Assembly (NCBI GenBank): GCA_036170915.1
Contig: JAVHQC010000006.1
Location: forward strand, 128,001 to 192,000
Origin: Cyanobacteria bacterium auto_48_18
GTDB taxonomy: Bacteria; Cyanobacteriota; Vampirovibrionia; Obscuribacterales; Obscuribacteraceae
Reading direction: 5' to 3'
Length of the DNA stretch: 64,000 nucleotides
Made by a program: the position numbers and the translations under genes. This document shows positions 10,009 to 19,584 of this stretch, in pieces (positions within the stretch are counted from its first letter, which is position 1; every line of letters begins with the position of its first letter). Below the pieces are notes generated by a model. It was not told where the DNA came from. It saw only the letters and a program-made list of their open reading frames with translations, and did no database searches.

Positions 10009-10530
10009 TTGCCAGTGAAGATAGACCTGCAGCAAATTAAAGAGTTGCTTGGAATTGTCAGTTCAACTGACGTTACCGAGTTCACCATCGAATTTGGTGA
10101 CCAGCGCATCACTGTCAAAAAAGACAGAGCAGCGCTTGCACAAGCCATAGAAGTTCCAGTACAGGCACGGCCGCAAGCGCAAGTTGCTGCTGTTGCTGTG
10201 GCTGAGCCGGTTAAAGCTCCGGCGCCTGAGCCGTCTGCTAAACCAGAGGCACCTTCTCACAGCGATGATAATGGCGCATCGGCTAATACCGTTGCCATCA
10301 CTTCGCCAATGGTCGGAACGTTTTATGGCCAACCCTCTCCCACGGCACCTTCTTTCGTTAAAATCAACGACAGAATTAGTGTTGGACAGACGGTTTGTAT
10401 CATCGAAGCAATGAAATTGATGAATGATTTGCCTTCTGAAGTGTCCGGCAAAATTGTCAAGATTTGCGTCGAGAGCGGTACAACCGTGGAGTATGGTCAA
10501 ACACTCTTCCTGGTTGATCCTAAAGGTTAA
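10009..10530 (+). CDS. accB: Acetyl-CoA carboxylase biotin carboxyl carrier protein
   Basis: SPMVGTFY, biotinylation motif EAMKLMN, Ala/Pro-rich linker. Confidence 0.96.
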   Translation: MPVKIDLQQIKELLGIVSSTDVTEFTIEFGDQRITVKKDRAALAQAIEVPVQARPQAQVAAVAVAEPVKAPAPEPSAKPEAPSHSDDNGASANTVAITSPMVGTFYGQPSPTAPSFVKINDRISVGQTVCIIEAMKLMNDLPSEVSGKIVKICVESGTTVEYGQTLFLVDPKG

Positions 10531-10538
10531 GAGCACAG

Positions 10539-11894
10539 ATGATTGAAAAGGTTCTGATCGCCAATCGTGGCGAGATTGCACTGAGAGTACTCAGGGCCTG
10601 TCGCGAACTCGGTATCGCCACTGTGGCCGTCTATTCTCAGGCAGACTCAGAGTCGCTGCATGTCAAACTGGCTGACGAAGCCTATTGCATCGGGCCGCCC
10701 CAGTCAGGTCGTAGCTATTTGCACATTCCTGCCATCATTTCCACAGCGGTGGTGACTGGCGCTGATGCAGTTCATCCTGGTTATGGTTTCCTTTCAGAGA
10801 ATGCTAACTTCGCTCAAATTTGCGCTGATCATCGCATCAAGTTTATTGGTCCGAGTGTGGAAGCAATTAATTCCATGGGTGACAAGTCGTCTGCCCGCGA
10901 AGCTATGCGCGCTGCAGGCGTACCCGTGGTGCCAGGCAGTCACGGTCTGATTGAAGACGAAGAAGAAGTGAGAAAGTTAGCCGATGAAATCGGTTATCCA
11001 ATTATCATTAAGGCCACTGCTGGTGGTGGCGGTCGCGGCATGCGTGTTGCCAACGATCAAGCCCAATTACTTAATGCCATGGCTTCTGCTACAAGCGAGG
11101 CAGCCGCTGCGTTTGGCAACGGTGGCGTGTACATTGAAAAATATCTCAAACCTATTCGCCACGTTGAAATTCAAGTAATGGCTGATAGCTTCGGCAATTG
11201 TATTCACCTCGGTGAGCGTGACTGCTCAGTGCAGAGACGACACCAGAAACTAATTGAAGAAACGCCAAGCCCTGTGCTCACTCCTGAATTGCGCGAGCGC
11301 ATGGGAGCAGCTGCAGTACGCGCTGCCAAGCAAATAGATTATGAGGGCGCGGGAACAGTCGAATTTATTCTTGCTGGTACCGATTTCTATTTCATGGAAA
11401 TGAATACTCGCATTCAAGTAGAACACCCTGTTACTGAGCTGGTTACAGGCATCGATTTGATCAAAGAACAAATTCGTGTTGCTTCTGGTATGCCACTGTC
11501 AGTCACTCAAAGCGAAATCGAGTTTCGTGGTCACGCCATTGAATGCCGTATTAATGCTGAAGATCCAGATCGCAATTTCTTGCCTTCACCAGGACGCGTC
11601 GATGCTTATATTGCACCAGGTGGGCCCGGCGTGCGCGTAGACAGTCATTGCTATCCTGGTTACGTCATTCCACCTTATTATGACTCACTGGTAAGTAAGC
11701 TTTGTGTCTGGGGCAAAGACAGAGACGAAGCCATATCGCGCATGCAGCGCGCTTTAGATGAGTACGCCATCACCGGAATTAGGACCACAATTCCCTTCCA
11801 CCAGCGCGTACTTGCTCATCCAATGTTCCGCAAAGGGCTTGATGTCAGCACTGACTTTATCGAAAGATATATGACCCCTCAGGAAGCAAAATAA
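10539..11894 (+). CDS. accC: Acetyl-CoA carboxylase biotin carboxylase
   Basis: [39 protein letters not shown]. Confidence 0.97.
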   Translation: MIEKVLIANRGEIALRVLRACRELGIATVAVYSQADSESLHVKLADEAYCIGPPQSGRSYLHIPAIISTAVVTGADAVHPGYGFLSENANFAQICADHRIKFIGPSVEAINSMGDKSSAREAMRAAGVPVVPGSHGLIEDEEEVRKLADEIGYPIIIKATAGGGGRGMRVANDQAQLLNAMASATSEAAAAFGNGGVYIEKYLKPIRHVEIQVMADSFGNCIHLGERDCSVQRRHQKLIEETPSPVLTPELRERMGAAAVRAAKQIDYEGAGTVEFILAGTDFYFMEMNTRIQVEHPVTELVTGIDLIKEQIRVASGMPLSVTQSEIEFRGHAIECRINAEDPDRNFLPSPGRVDAYIAPGGPGVRVDSHCYPGYVIPPYYDSLVSKLCVWGKDRDEAISRMQRALDEYAITGIRTTIPFHQRVLAHPMFRKGLDVSTDFIERYMTPQEAK

Positions 11895-11946
11895 AGCTTT
11901 AAAACAGGGGGTAAAATAAACAATCTAGCTTAGTTAGTGCCTTTTT

Positions 11947-12018
11947 GGCTCCGTAGCTCAATGGTGGAGCGTGCGACTCATAATCGCCTGGTTACTGGTT
12001 CGAATCCAGTCGGAGCCA
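11947..12018 (+). tRNA. tRNA with CAT anticodon (Ile2/lysidine type or elongator Met; not initiator); CCA not encoded
   Basis: Acceptor stem GGCTCCG/CGGAGCC, D-arm TAGCTCAATGGTGGAGC, anticodon loop CT-CAT-AA, T-loop GGTTCGAATCC; G1-C72 paired and no GGG/CCC anticodon stem. Confidence 0.93.
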
Positions 12019-12068
12019 ATCTTTTTTTGACATGATCAAAGCTAATTCGTCCCATGACCTTGTACGTT

Positions 12069-12644
12069 TTAGGCTAACAGCGCTTCTATGCGTTTGCGGA
12101 AGAGCGGTTGATCAAAAGATTCCATGGTCAAGAAGCTGGCTCCTAGAGCCTGAGTTGCAATCCTTAATCCATCGGTTAGTGAAGCATTTAAGACTGGTTC
12201 CAGGCTTAAGCAAACAAAAGGTATAGCCCTTAGACCGGGATCGCCCTTAACCCATCGCATTAAGTCAAAAACGCTTCTGTAATGACCGTCTTCGGCTTGC
12301 ATACGAATGTCAACTATAATTAGTTTGATATTTTCAGTCTTGAGAATATGAATGGCATTTGAGAAAGAGTTGCTGTTCGTGACGCTAGTAAAGTCTCCCA
12401 GACTGCCAATTAGGCGATTGATAGTTTCATAGTTTTCTGACACCGTCAAAATTTTTGCGAAATTAGTTGCAGCCTTGCGAACTACTTCGATGCGCTGTTC
12501 TAATGCATGTATGCCGCTTCTGATCATTTTAAGAGCGGCACTATCCACCGGTAAAATTCCCGCTTTAAGGACATACTCTAGTTGTGCCAGCATCATCATC
12601 CGGCACGCATCAAGCTCTGCCAGAATTGGGGGACTATTGTCCAT
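12069..12644 (-). CDS. Atypical receiver-domain protein with a helical N-terminal extension
   Basis: LIIVDIRM and IPFVCLS resemble a REC domain, but the acidic pair and conserved Lys are not evident; start placed at MDNSPP. Confidence 0.65.
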   Translation of the reverse strand: MDNSPPILAELDACRMMMLAQLEYVLKAGILPVDSAALKMIRSGIHALEQRIEVVRKAATNFAKILTVSENYETINRLIGSLGDFTSVTNSNSFSNAIHILKTENIKLIIVDIRMQAEDGHYRSVFDLMRWVKGDPGLRAIPFVCLSLEPVLNASLTDGLRIATQALGASFLTMESFDQPLFRKRIEALLA

Positions 12645-12848
12645 AAAACACCTGTGGGAAATTTTCCCGGTTCTCAAACGGTTGAATCGTGGAGACCCTG
12701 ACGACATCATAAACGAAATTAGACAAATTTATACTGTCTGCTACGGGCTAATTTGCTGTAGAGCTAGGCCTGCTGGGCTTTCACCGGTTACTGTCGATGA
12801 GATCCAGCAGCATCGCCTACGGTGCCTATGAAGGTATCACACATGGGC

Positions 12849-13055
12849 CTAGGCAGAGTTTCTGAATGTTGGGTCAGTAGCTGCCGCGAGCAGCGCTCTT
12901 AGTGACACAACTTTCTTATCAATAAGAACTAAACCGGATGTGATTGTTTTTCTTTCAATACTTGAATTGAGTAATTTTGGATCAGCAAGTAATTGAGCCA
13001 TTTTAAATTGTAAAACTTCCAATTCTGCCAACGTAAGTGCAAAGTCTTCGCTCAT
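12849..13055 (-). CDS. Small helical hypothetical protein (68 aa)
   Basis: GAAGAGG RBS-like sequence before the ATG; resembles the N-terminus of the 12069-12644 protein. Confidence 0.6.
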   Translation of the reverse strand: MSEDFALTLAELEVLQFKMAQLLADPKLLNSSIERKTITSGLVLIDKKVVSLRALLAAATDPTFRNSA

Positions 13056-13094
13056 GTGTGCCTCTTCATACCACTTCCATGCAGACTCTATCTT

Positions 13095-13502
13095 TTAAGC
13101 CGCAAGGTTTGGCAAATCGGGAAATTCTGGAATAAACTGGTGCAAGATTTTCGATAATTCTTCAATTGAACAACCTTTTTTGAGCAATGCATCCATGCCT
13201 GCATCCAAACATTGGTGAATTGCAGAGAGCTCTGAAAGGCTGGAATAGGCAATAATCGGGACGCGTCTCATAGTGCCCAATTCGGTTTGTCTGATTTTCC
13301 TAGTGCATTCAAAGCCACTCATATCTTGCATTTCTAAATCCATGATAATCGCTGAATAGAAACAAAGTTTGATTTTCTCCAGGGCATCTGCGCCGCTGCC
13401 TGAGCCATCTCCGGCGAACCCAATCTTGCTAACTAAAATGACCATTGCGACAACGTTCAGAAGTTTGTCATCAACAACTAGGATGACCGGTCTCTTTACC
13501 AC
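13095..13502 (-). CDS. Single-domain response regulator (CheY-like)
   Basis: ILVVDD, IIMDLEMQDMSG, PIIAYS, AGMDALLKK. Confidence 0.82.
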   Translation of the reverse strand: MVKRPVILVVDDKLLNVVAMVILVSKIGFAGDGSGSGADALEKIKLCFYSAIIMDLEMQDMSGFECTRKIRQTELGTMRRVPIIAYSSLSELSAIHQCLDAGMDALLKKGCSIEELSKILHQFIPEFPDLPNLAA

Positions 13503-13535
13503 TGAGCAGAATTCAAGTAGTTGCGTATTATCATG

Positions 13536-13952
13536 TTATTTGCCTGTGTGCACCTGTGACGAATGTAAGCGTAAAATATGACTGACGCGCGACCCAGCTA
13601 AATCAGATGTTGCCTGTAGGATGCGTGGCGCCTTTTTTTCATTCAGTCGCCTAATAGTTCTCTTGGCGCGCTCGGCAATAAAGGGATTGCTGTCTCCCAT
13701 TAATACGTTGAGTATTTCTACATTAAGGTTGTGGTTTTCTGCTATGGCAAATCTGAGATCAAGATTTTCGTCTCTGCTTAAGGCCATGACAGTCTCAATT
13801 GGTGTCATTCTATTTTCTGCAACTGCAATGCGAACATCAACATCTGAATGCCTAGCCAATGCATTTAGAACTGCAGGTGAGGTAAGCGTCTGTTCGGCGA
13901 GAGCCGCTGCCCATGCCGCTGTACAGTTTTGCCAGTTTAGTTGAGTCTCCAT
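13536..13952 (-). CDS. LRV/HEAT-like repeat protein
   Basis: Three ~24-aa repeats (LARHSDVDVRIAVAEN, LSRDENLDLRFAIAEN, LMGDSNPFIAERA); RBS-like GAGG before ATG 13952. Confidence 0.7.
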   Translation of the reverse strand: METQLNWQNCTAAWAAALAEQTLTSPAVLNALARHSDVDVRIAVAENRMTPIETVMALSRDENLDLRFAIAENHNLNVEILNVLMGDSNPFIAERAKRTIRRLNEKKAPRILQATSDLAGSRVSHILRLHSSQVHTGK

Positions 13953-14077
13953 GGTGTTGCCTCTGCTCTGTAAACCTCGCTGAAGCTTCATAAGAGGATC
14001 ACACGCTTACAAGCCTTGTCTACAGTCAGCATACTTGTTTCCTGGCGCACCATGCCGAATCTTAAGTATTAGCCTGT

Positions 14078-14533
14078 TTATGGATTACGAATCAAAGTCT
14101 CTTTGACGGTGCGCTTCATTTCACGAAAACCATCAGACACGTTTTCGGTCACTTCTTCTGAGCGCTGCCTGGCCTGGGTCAATTTGAGTTCGGCATTGGT
14201 GAAAAATTTGTCGTCCGGGCGCCCCTTTGATTTTGCATAGGTCGACTCTATCTGTCGCATCTGACTCATGGCGCGCTCAATGTTGCGAGTCGCCTCTTTG
14301 CTCTTGCCCAGCGCCTCCAGTAAAAAGAAACCGGCCGAACCTTGTCCGTGGGCAATATTGAGTAAAAGTAATTCTTCTCTCGTAAACTTGCGGTCAAAGG
14401 CTAATGACTCTTCGGCACTTTGACAATTGCTTTGAGCAAAAATGCCTGTACCAAGCAGTGTGCATATAACCGTAGTTTTGATAACAGTCTTCAGTGGCAG
14501 CGCTATTGTCACTTCTCTTCCAGCCATATCCAC
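14078..14533 (-). CDS. Hypothetical exported helical protein
   Basis: Signal-like N-terminus followed by amphipathic helices; no family recognised. Confidence 0.6.
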   Translation of the reverse strand: MDMAGREVTIALPLKTVIKTTVICTLLGTGIFAQSNCQSAEESLAFDRKFTREELLLLNIAHGQGSAGFFLLEALGKSKEATRNIERAMSQMRQIESTYAKSKGRPDDKFFTNAELKLTQARQRSEEVTENVSDGFREMKRTVKETLIRNP

Positions 14534-14597
14534 CTCAATTTGACCAACCAGAGTCTACAAGACTTGAGCTCTTCCTGATATTCTCAACTTAAATGGA

Positions 14598-15971
14598 GTG
14601 GTCATGGCTAAAAATTGGCTAAGCACAGCTCAATATTTGAATTTTGCCGCCATTATTTTATTGACGGCTACGCAAACCGCGGCATGGGCTCAATCTGCGC
14701 CATCGCCGGCGCCTGACAGCTTCGAGTTGAGTGCTCCGGTTTCAGACCTGCCTTTGCAATCGACCACATCTACTAACTCTCAATCTTCCAGCCAGAGCCT
14801 TGAGCAGAATCTCAATTTTGATACAGTGTCTGCTGGCCAGCTTCTGCTCTCAGGCATGGAGAATGCTCAATCTGACCGGCTGGAGCTGGCTATTCGTCAG
14901 TTTCAAGAGGTGATTCGTCGCGAACCAAACAATGTGTCGGCTCACAACAATTTAGCGGTTTGTTTGAAGCGTCAGGGCCACAACCGTGCTGCTCTCGATG
15001 AGTTTCGCAAGGCCATTGATAACAATCCAACCAGGCCTGAATTATTCAATAATTTGGCCCATTCTTATATTGCCACAGGTCAGTACGATCAGGCGGTGGA
15101 GGCACTCTATCGCGCATTGCGGCTCAATCCTGATTTTGCTGAAGCCCACCGCAACCTTGGTCATGTTTTGGCTTTAAAAGGCGATCATGATGCTGCCGTT
15201 ACAGCCTTTCAAGAAGCGCTGAAAGACAATCCGCAACTGCAAGACGTGCATGTTGACATGGGAGATTCGCTGCGAGCCTTGCGCCGTTATGAGCAGGCGT
15301 CAATCGAATATAAAACGGCTCAGAAAAATCTCCAAGACAAGAACGGCGTACTTGCGCGCGATATTCAGCTTCGCCTGGCCAAAAGTTATGAAGGCATGGG
15401 TGAGCTTGAGCAAGCGCGCACTATTCTTTCGGCTTTATTAGAGTCAAAGCCTGACGATACTGACTCGCTAAATTGTTTAGGAGTTGTATTGTGGAAAATG
15501 GATCATTTGCCTGAGGCTGTCTTTGTTTTAGAAAAGGCATTGAAGGTTGATGCCAGCTATCCTCAGGCGCGCAATAACCTGGGTATCGTGCTCTATCAGC
15601 TCAAACGTTACGAAGAAGCTGTAGACGTCTGGAGGCAGGCCCTTGGCCTCAAACCAGATTATCCGGAGGCACATTACAATATGGGCGTGGCACTTTACCA
15701 ATCAGGTTTGCTACAACAGTCATTAGATGCGTACAAAGAGTGTTTGAAATACGCACCGGTCGATGCTAATGCTCATAATAATTTAGGACTAGCATTATGG
15801 CGACTGGATCAAAAAAATGAGGCCATTGCAGAATGGCGTAAGGCCATTGAGTGCGATTCTAATTTAGCCCAGGCCTTTTCTAATCTTGGTCGTGCCTTAC
15901 ATAGTGGTGGCGCCAACAAAGAGCAAGTGGGTCCAAGTGGCTCAGATCTAAGTAAACTGGAGAGTCCTTGA
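14598..15971 (+). CDS. Exported TPR repeat protein
   Basis: Signal peptide (AAWA-Q), Ser-rich linker, about 10 TPRs (AHNNL, AHRNLG, ARNNLG, AHYNMG). Confidence 0.88.
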   Translation: MVMAKNWLSTAQYLNFAAIILLTATQTAAWAQSAPSPAPDSFELSAPVSDLPLQSTTSTNSQSSSQSLEQNLNFDTVSAGQLLLSGMENAQSDRLELAIRQFQEVIRREPNNVSAHNNLAVCLKRQGHNRAALDEFRKAIDNNPTRPELFNNLAHSYIATGQYDQAVEALYRALRLNPDFAEAHRNLGHVLALKGDHDAAVTAFQEALKDNPQLQDVHVDMGDSLRALRRYEQASIEYKTAQKNLQDKNGVLARDIQLRLAKSYEGMGELEQARTILSALLESKPDDTDSLNCLGVVLWKMDHLPEAVFVLEKALKVDASYPQARNNLGIVLYQLKRYEEAVDVWRQALGLKPDYPEAHYNMGVALYQSGLLQQSLDAYKECLKYAPVDANAHNNLGLALWRLDQKNEAIAEWRKAIECDSNLAQAFSNLGRALHSGGANKEQVGPSGSDLSKLESP

Positions 15972-15974
15972 TAA

Positions 15975-16373
15975 ATGGAAAAAGCATTCGACGATTTCAG
16001 TTTTAAAGAAACGGCTCATACCGTGCAAGAAGCAATGGTCAATATTTTTTGCCGAATTATTTTTGACTGGGCTGTTCACGGTTTAGCCGTTGCTGCATTT
16101 TTCTTTTTGTTCGGCGCCATTCTTTTGACGCGTAAAAACAGGCTGTCTAAGCCCTTTTTCGCTGTGGGAAAAAAACTAGGAATTTTTTGCGCTATTGTCG
16201 CCGCGCCAGGTTTAATCACTCTTGCCACCACTGGCAGTCTTCCGCCCGTTGGCGTTTACAATGTCAACTCACTAGGTTTTCTTTGCCTGTGGAGCTTGAT
16301 CTGTGCTCATATGCTTGGCGAAGAAACCAATTATCAGTGGTTTGTTAAACAAAAAGCAGATAAGCTAGACTGA
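15975..16373 (+). CDS. Hypothetical membrane protein (about 3 TM)
   Basis: Hydrophobic segments; 3 bp after the TPR gene. Confidence 0.65.
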   Translation: MEKAFDDFSFKETAHTVQEAMVNIFCRIIFDWAVHGLAVAAFFFLFGAILLTRKNRLSKPFFAVGKKLGIFCAIVAAPGLITLATTGSLPPVGVYNVNSLGFLCLWSLICAHMLGEETNYQWFVKQKADKLD

Positions 16374-16397
16374 AGGAAAGATTTTTGGGAGGAGCTG

Positions 16398-17117
16398 ATG
16401 AACATCTGGAAACAGAGCTTCTTTTTAGCAATGCCGGTATCAATAATTTGTATTGGCAGCGTTGAGGCCCAAAATTCAGGCGGCGCAGTCACAGGCCCAT
16501 ACAGCGGCTGGACACCCACCCATCAAGCGCCAACTGCCGGAGGCATGGGAATTTACGGCACGCCCGATTATCGCGGCGGCGCTCGCTATTATTTTTCAGG
16601 TTCGTACTTGTCTCCAGATAATCGGCCTCTGGTGTTTAATCCGCTTACACCTTTTATTTGGGGCATCAATAACAAACCGCCCGGCCTGGGTGATAACTGG
16701 TTTGTCGGCCGCGTCAACGGTGGCAATGTAGATTACTGGCGTGGCACTGCCGGCTATTTTTATCCATGGCTCAATGGTGGCGGAATGGTTACATACATCG
16801 GCCCAGGTGGAATACCAGTTACTCTTGGCGCCCCCATAATTTATTGGGGAGGTGGAGGCTCAGAGCCAATTTCGCAATTACCACCGCCGGCTATACAACT
16901 GGCTGATGCCGCGAAATTTTTAGACGATTCTTTCAAAGACAAAAAAGTATTGGAAGTTCGCTACAAACATCTGAAGCTGCGCACTTCTGATTTGCAAAAG
17001 AAAGAGCGCAGTTTGCGTATTGCTCAGGGTGGCGAACTTGATAAAGAAGGCGAAGCTGAAATCAGGCGTGATCTTGAAAGTTTGACCAAAGAAATGAACG
17101 CCAGCGTCAAGAGTTAA
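16398..17117 (+). CDS. Hypothetical exported protein with a G/Y/P/W-rich N-domain and charged helical C-domain
   Basis: GGAGGAG RBS, signal peptide (VEA-Q), two-part composition. Confidence 0.7.
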   Translation: MNIWKQSFFLAMPVSIICIGSVEAQNSGGAVTGPYSGWTPTHQAPTAGGMGIYGTPDYRGGARYYFSGSYLSPDNRPLVFNPLTPFIWGINNKPPGLGDNWFVGRVNGGNVDYWRGTAGYFYPWLNGGGMVTYIGPGGIPVTLGAPIIYWGGGGSEPISQLPPPAIQLADAAKFLDDSFKDKKVLEVRYKHLKLRTSDLQKKERSLRIAQGGELDKEGEAEIRRDLESLTKEMNASVKS

Positions 17118-17141
17118 AATCTAAAAGCTAGAATTTAAAGG

Positions 17142-17792
17142 CTAAACAGAGGCAAAATCAAATCGCTGACCAAAGGCAGTGCTGATGATTGTCTTTAGCT
17201 CTTCTTGCACAGCACTAAGTGCTTTGCTGGCGTCAATTACTTGCCAGCGTTGTGGTTCTTTTTTGACCAGTTCGAGATAACCCTGACGCACGCGATGATG
17301 GAATTCGATTGCCTCGCGTTCCATGCGATCGTGACCACCAGGGTGCAGACGCCCCAGCCCTTTTTCGCTTTCCAGATCAAAAAGAATAGTCAGCTCAGGT
17401 GTCAGCCCTTGAGTAGACATGGCATTGAGTTGGCTAATCAAATTTAGATCAAGAGAACGGCCATAACCCTGGTATGCCACTGTTGAGTCTGTATAGCGAT
17501 CGCAAATTACCAGCTTGCCTTCTTTCAGTGCCGGAATAATCAACTCATCCACATGCTGCGCCCGGTCGGCTGAATAGAGCAAAAGTTCTGCCATAGGGCT
17601 GACCGGATTACCTGGCGTAAGCAGTGCACGGCGAATTTGCTTTCCAAGGGGCGTGCCACCAGGATCGCGGGTGATTAAATGCGGTATGCCGGCGGCCTCG
17701 AGTTTACTGGCCAAAAGCTTGACCTGCGTGGTTTTACCCGCCCCCTCTGGTCCTTCCAGGGTGAGGAATGTGCCGGGATATCCGTGGGTCAT
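17142..17792 (-). CDS. tmk: Thymidylate kinase
   Basis: EGPEGAGKTTQ P-loop, ADRAQH, CDRYTDSTVAYQG. Confidence 0.96.
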   Translation of the reverse strand: MTHGYPGTFLTLEGPEGAGKTTQVKLLASKLEAAGIPHLITRDPGGTPLGKQIRRALLTPGNPVSPMAELLLYSADRAQHVDELIIPALKEGKLVICDRYTDSTVAYQGYGRSLDLNLISQLNAMSTQGLTPELTILFDLESEKGLGRLHPGGHDRMEREAIEFHHRVRQGYLELVKKEPQRWQVIDASKALSAVQEELKTIISTAFGQRFDFASV

Positions 17793-17945
17793 TAGCGAAA
17801 GGTCTCCGTCTGAAAATAGTTAATATTGTTGCACAAATGATATGATTGCCAGCCTGTTGGAAAGATTTTCACGGCGACGCGCTCTGGGAGCGCTCCTTTT
17901 GCCTATTCAACTTCCATTAGCACTTACATTTAGAGAGGTTAACTC

Positions 17946-19448
17946 ATGGCTCAGACCTTAACGGCTCCCAAAGTCAAAGTAGATCGCAAGTGGCAACTCT
18001 GGATCGATGGAAAGTTTGTTGATGGTGCAACCGAGCGCACTCTCATAAACCCCGCCACCGGCAAAGTGCTGACTAAAGTTTCTGAAGCTTCTAAAAAACA
18101 AGTAGAAGACGCCATCAAGGCTGCCAGAAAAGCATTTGATCATGGTCCGTGGCCACGTCTGAACGCTCTTGAGCGCTCACAGTTTTTGATCAAAATCGCC
18201 GACGCTATTGATGCCCATGCCGAAGAGTTAGCAGAGCTTGAAACTTTAAACGGCGGCAAACCGTTGCGTGAAGCCAATTATGATATTGCTGATGCTGCCT
18301 ATTGCTTCCGTTATTATGCAGGGCTTATCACCAAGCCTAGTGGTCAATCAATCGATGTGCCCGCACCATCAGTCACCACCGTGGTGCGCGAACCGATTGG
18401 TGTTTGTGGACAAATCATTCCCTGGAATTATCCGCTCTTGATGGCTGCATGGAAGTTGGCTCCAGCTCTAGCTGCCGGCAACACCTGCGTGCTCAAGCCT
18501 TCTGAATATACACCGCTGACGGTGATACGTCTGGCCGAAATTTTAAGCGATTTGCATCTGCCCGAAGGCGTGGTCAATATCGTCTTGGGTGACGGTCCAA
18601 CTGTTGGGCAACCGCTGGCTGAGAGCACTCTGGTTGATAAAATTGCCTTTACCGGCAGTGTCAAAACCGGAAAAATTATTGCTGCAGCTGCTCTAACTAA
18701 TTTGAAAAAAGTCACCCTTGAACTGGGCGGCAAGTCACCAATGGTGGTGTTCCCTGATTTCGATCTCGATATTGCCGTGGACTATGCGCTCTTTGCCATC
18801 TACTGCAACGCCGGCCAGGTATGTTCCGCCGGATCGCGCATGATTGTCGATGCTTCAATTTATGATCAGTTCGTTAAAAAAATGGCTGAGCGCGCCAAGA
18901 AAATTCGCGTAGGTCCTGGCCTTGAAGACGAAACTGAAATGGGACCACTAGTAAGCGAAACACAAATGAAGCGTGTGCTCGAATACATTGAGATTGGTAA
19001 AAAAGAAGGGGCTAAGCTGGTCACCGGCGGCGACCAGGCCAAAGGCGAGAAGTATGGCAATGGCTATTACGTCAACCCAACCATCTTCAGTGATGTGAAA
19101 GCGGACATGCGCATTGTTCAAGAAGAAATATTTGGACCAGTGGTGGTTGTTCAGAAATTCAAAACTGAAGAAGAAGCAGTTGAATTGGCTAATGATTCAC
19201 CATTTGGCCTGGCTGGTGCGGTCTTTACAAATGACATCACCCGGGCGCACCGTGTGGTTAAGCAATTAAGGGCTGGAATCACCTGGGTTAACGCTTATCA
19301 CAACACTTATACCGAATGCCCATGGGGTGGCTATAAGCAGAGTGGTTGGGGTCGTGAGCTGGGTACCTTTGGCCTTGAAGCTTACACAGAAGTTAAGCAA
19401 ATCAATATCAATTTAGATCCGCAGGCTGTGGGTTGGTTTGAAGCTTAA
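17946..19448 (+). CDS. NAD(P)-dependent aldehyde dehydrogenase (betaine/aminoaldehyde dehydrogenase-like)
   Basis: PWNYP, FTGS, LELGGKSP, catalytic Cys in AGQVCSAGSR, EEIFGPV. Confidence 0.93.
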   Translation: MAQTLTAPKVKVDRKWQLWIDGKFVDGATERTLINPATGKVLTKVSEASKKQVEDAIKAARKAFDHGPWPRLNALERSQFLIKIADAIDAHAEELAELETLNGGKPLREANYDIADAAYCFRYYAGLITKPSGQSIDVPAPSVTTVVREPIGVCGQIIPWNYPLLMAAWKLAPALAAGNTCVLKPSEYTPLTVIRLAEILSDLHLPEGVVNIVLGDGPTVGQPLAESTLVDKIAFTGSVKTGKIIAAAALTNLKKVTLELGGKSPMVVFPDFDLDIAVDYALFAIYCNAGQVCSAGSRMIVDASIYDQFVKKMAERAKKIRVGPGLEDETEMGPLVSETQMKRVLEYIEIGKKEGAKLVTGGDQAKGEKYGNGYYVNPTIFSDVKADMRIVQEEIFGPVVVVQKFKTEEEAVELANDSPFGLAGAVFTNDITRAHRVVKQLRAGITWVNAYHNTYTECPWGGYKQSGWGRELGTFGLEAYTEVKQININLDPQAVGWFEA

Positions 19449-19505
19449 TTTAGTTCGCCTTTGGCGGGTTTAGGTTTGCTCTTCTCTAGGGAGTGCTGAT
19501 CTGTT

Positions 19506-19560
19506 GCCTAAGGATTTTTACAACTTATAGGTTGTGCTCGCGTACAACCTATAAGTTGGT
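19506..19560 (+). repeat. 55-bp dispersed double-palindrome element, copy 2
   Basis: GCCTAAGGATTTT-TACAAC ttatag GTTGTG-ctcgcg-TACAAC ctataa GTTGGT, followed by a T-run. Confidence 0.85.
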
Positions 19561-19584
19561 TTTTGGGGTCTAGGTGAAAAAAAC

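Noticed and set aside
10063..10581. Long antisense ORFs (also 9296-9730, 39637-40188, 46430-46876 and others)
   Set aside because: Shadows of well-supported genes on the opposite strand, with no motifs
12019..14077. Integrative element or prophage at the tRNA
   Set aside because: No integrase and no duplicated tRNA 3' end were seen
17496..17503. HIP1 octamer GCGATCGC
   Set aside because: An isolated occurrence; no enrichment noticed by eye
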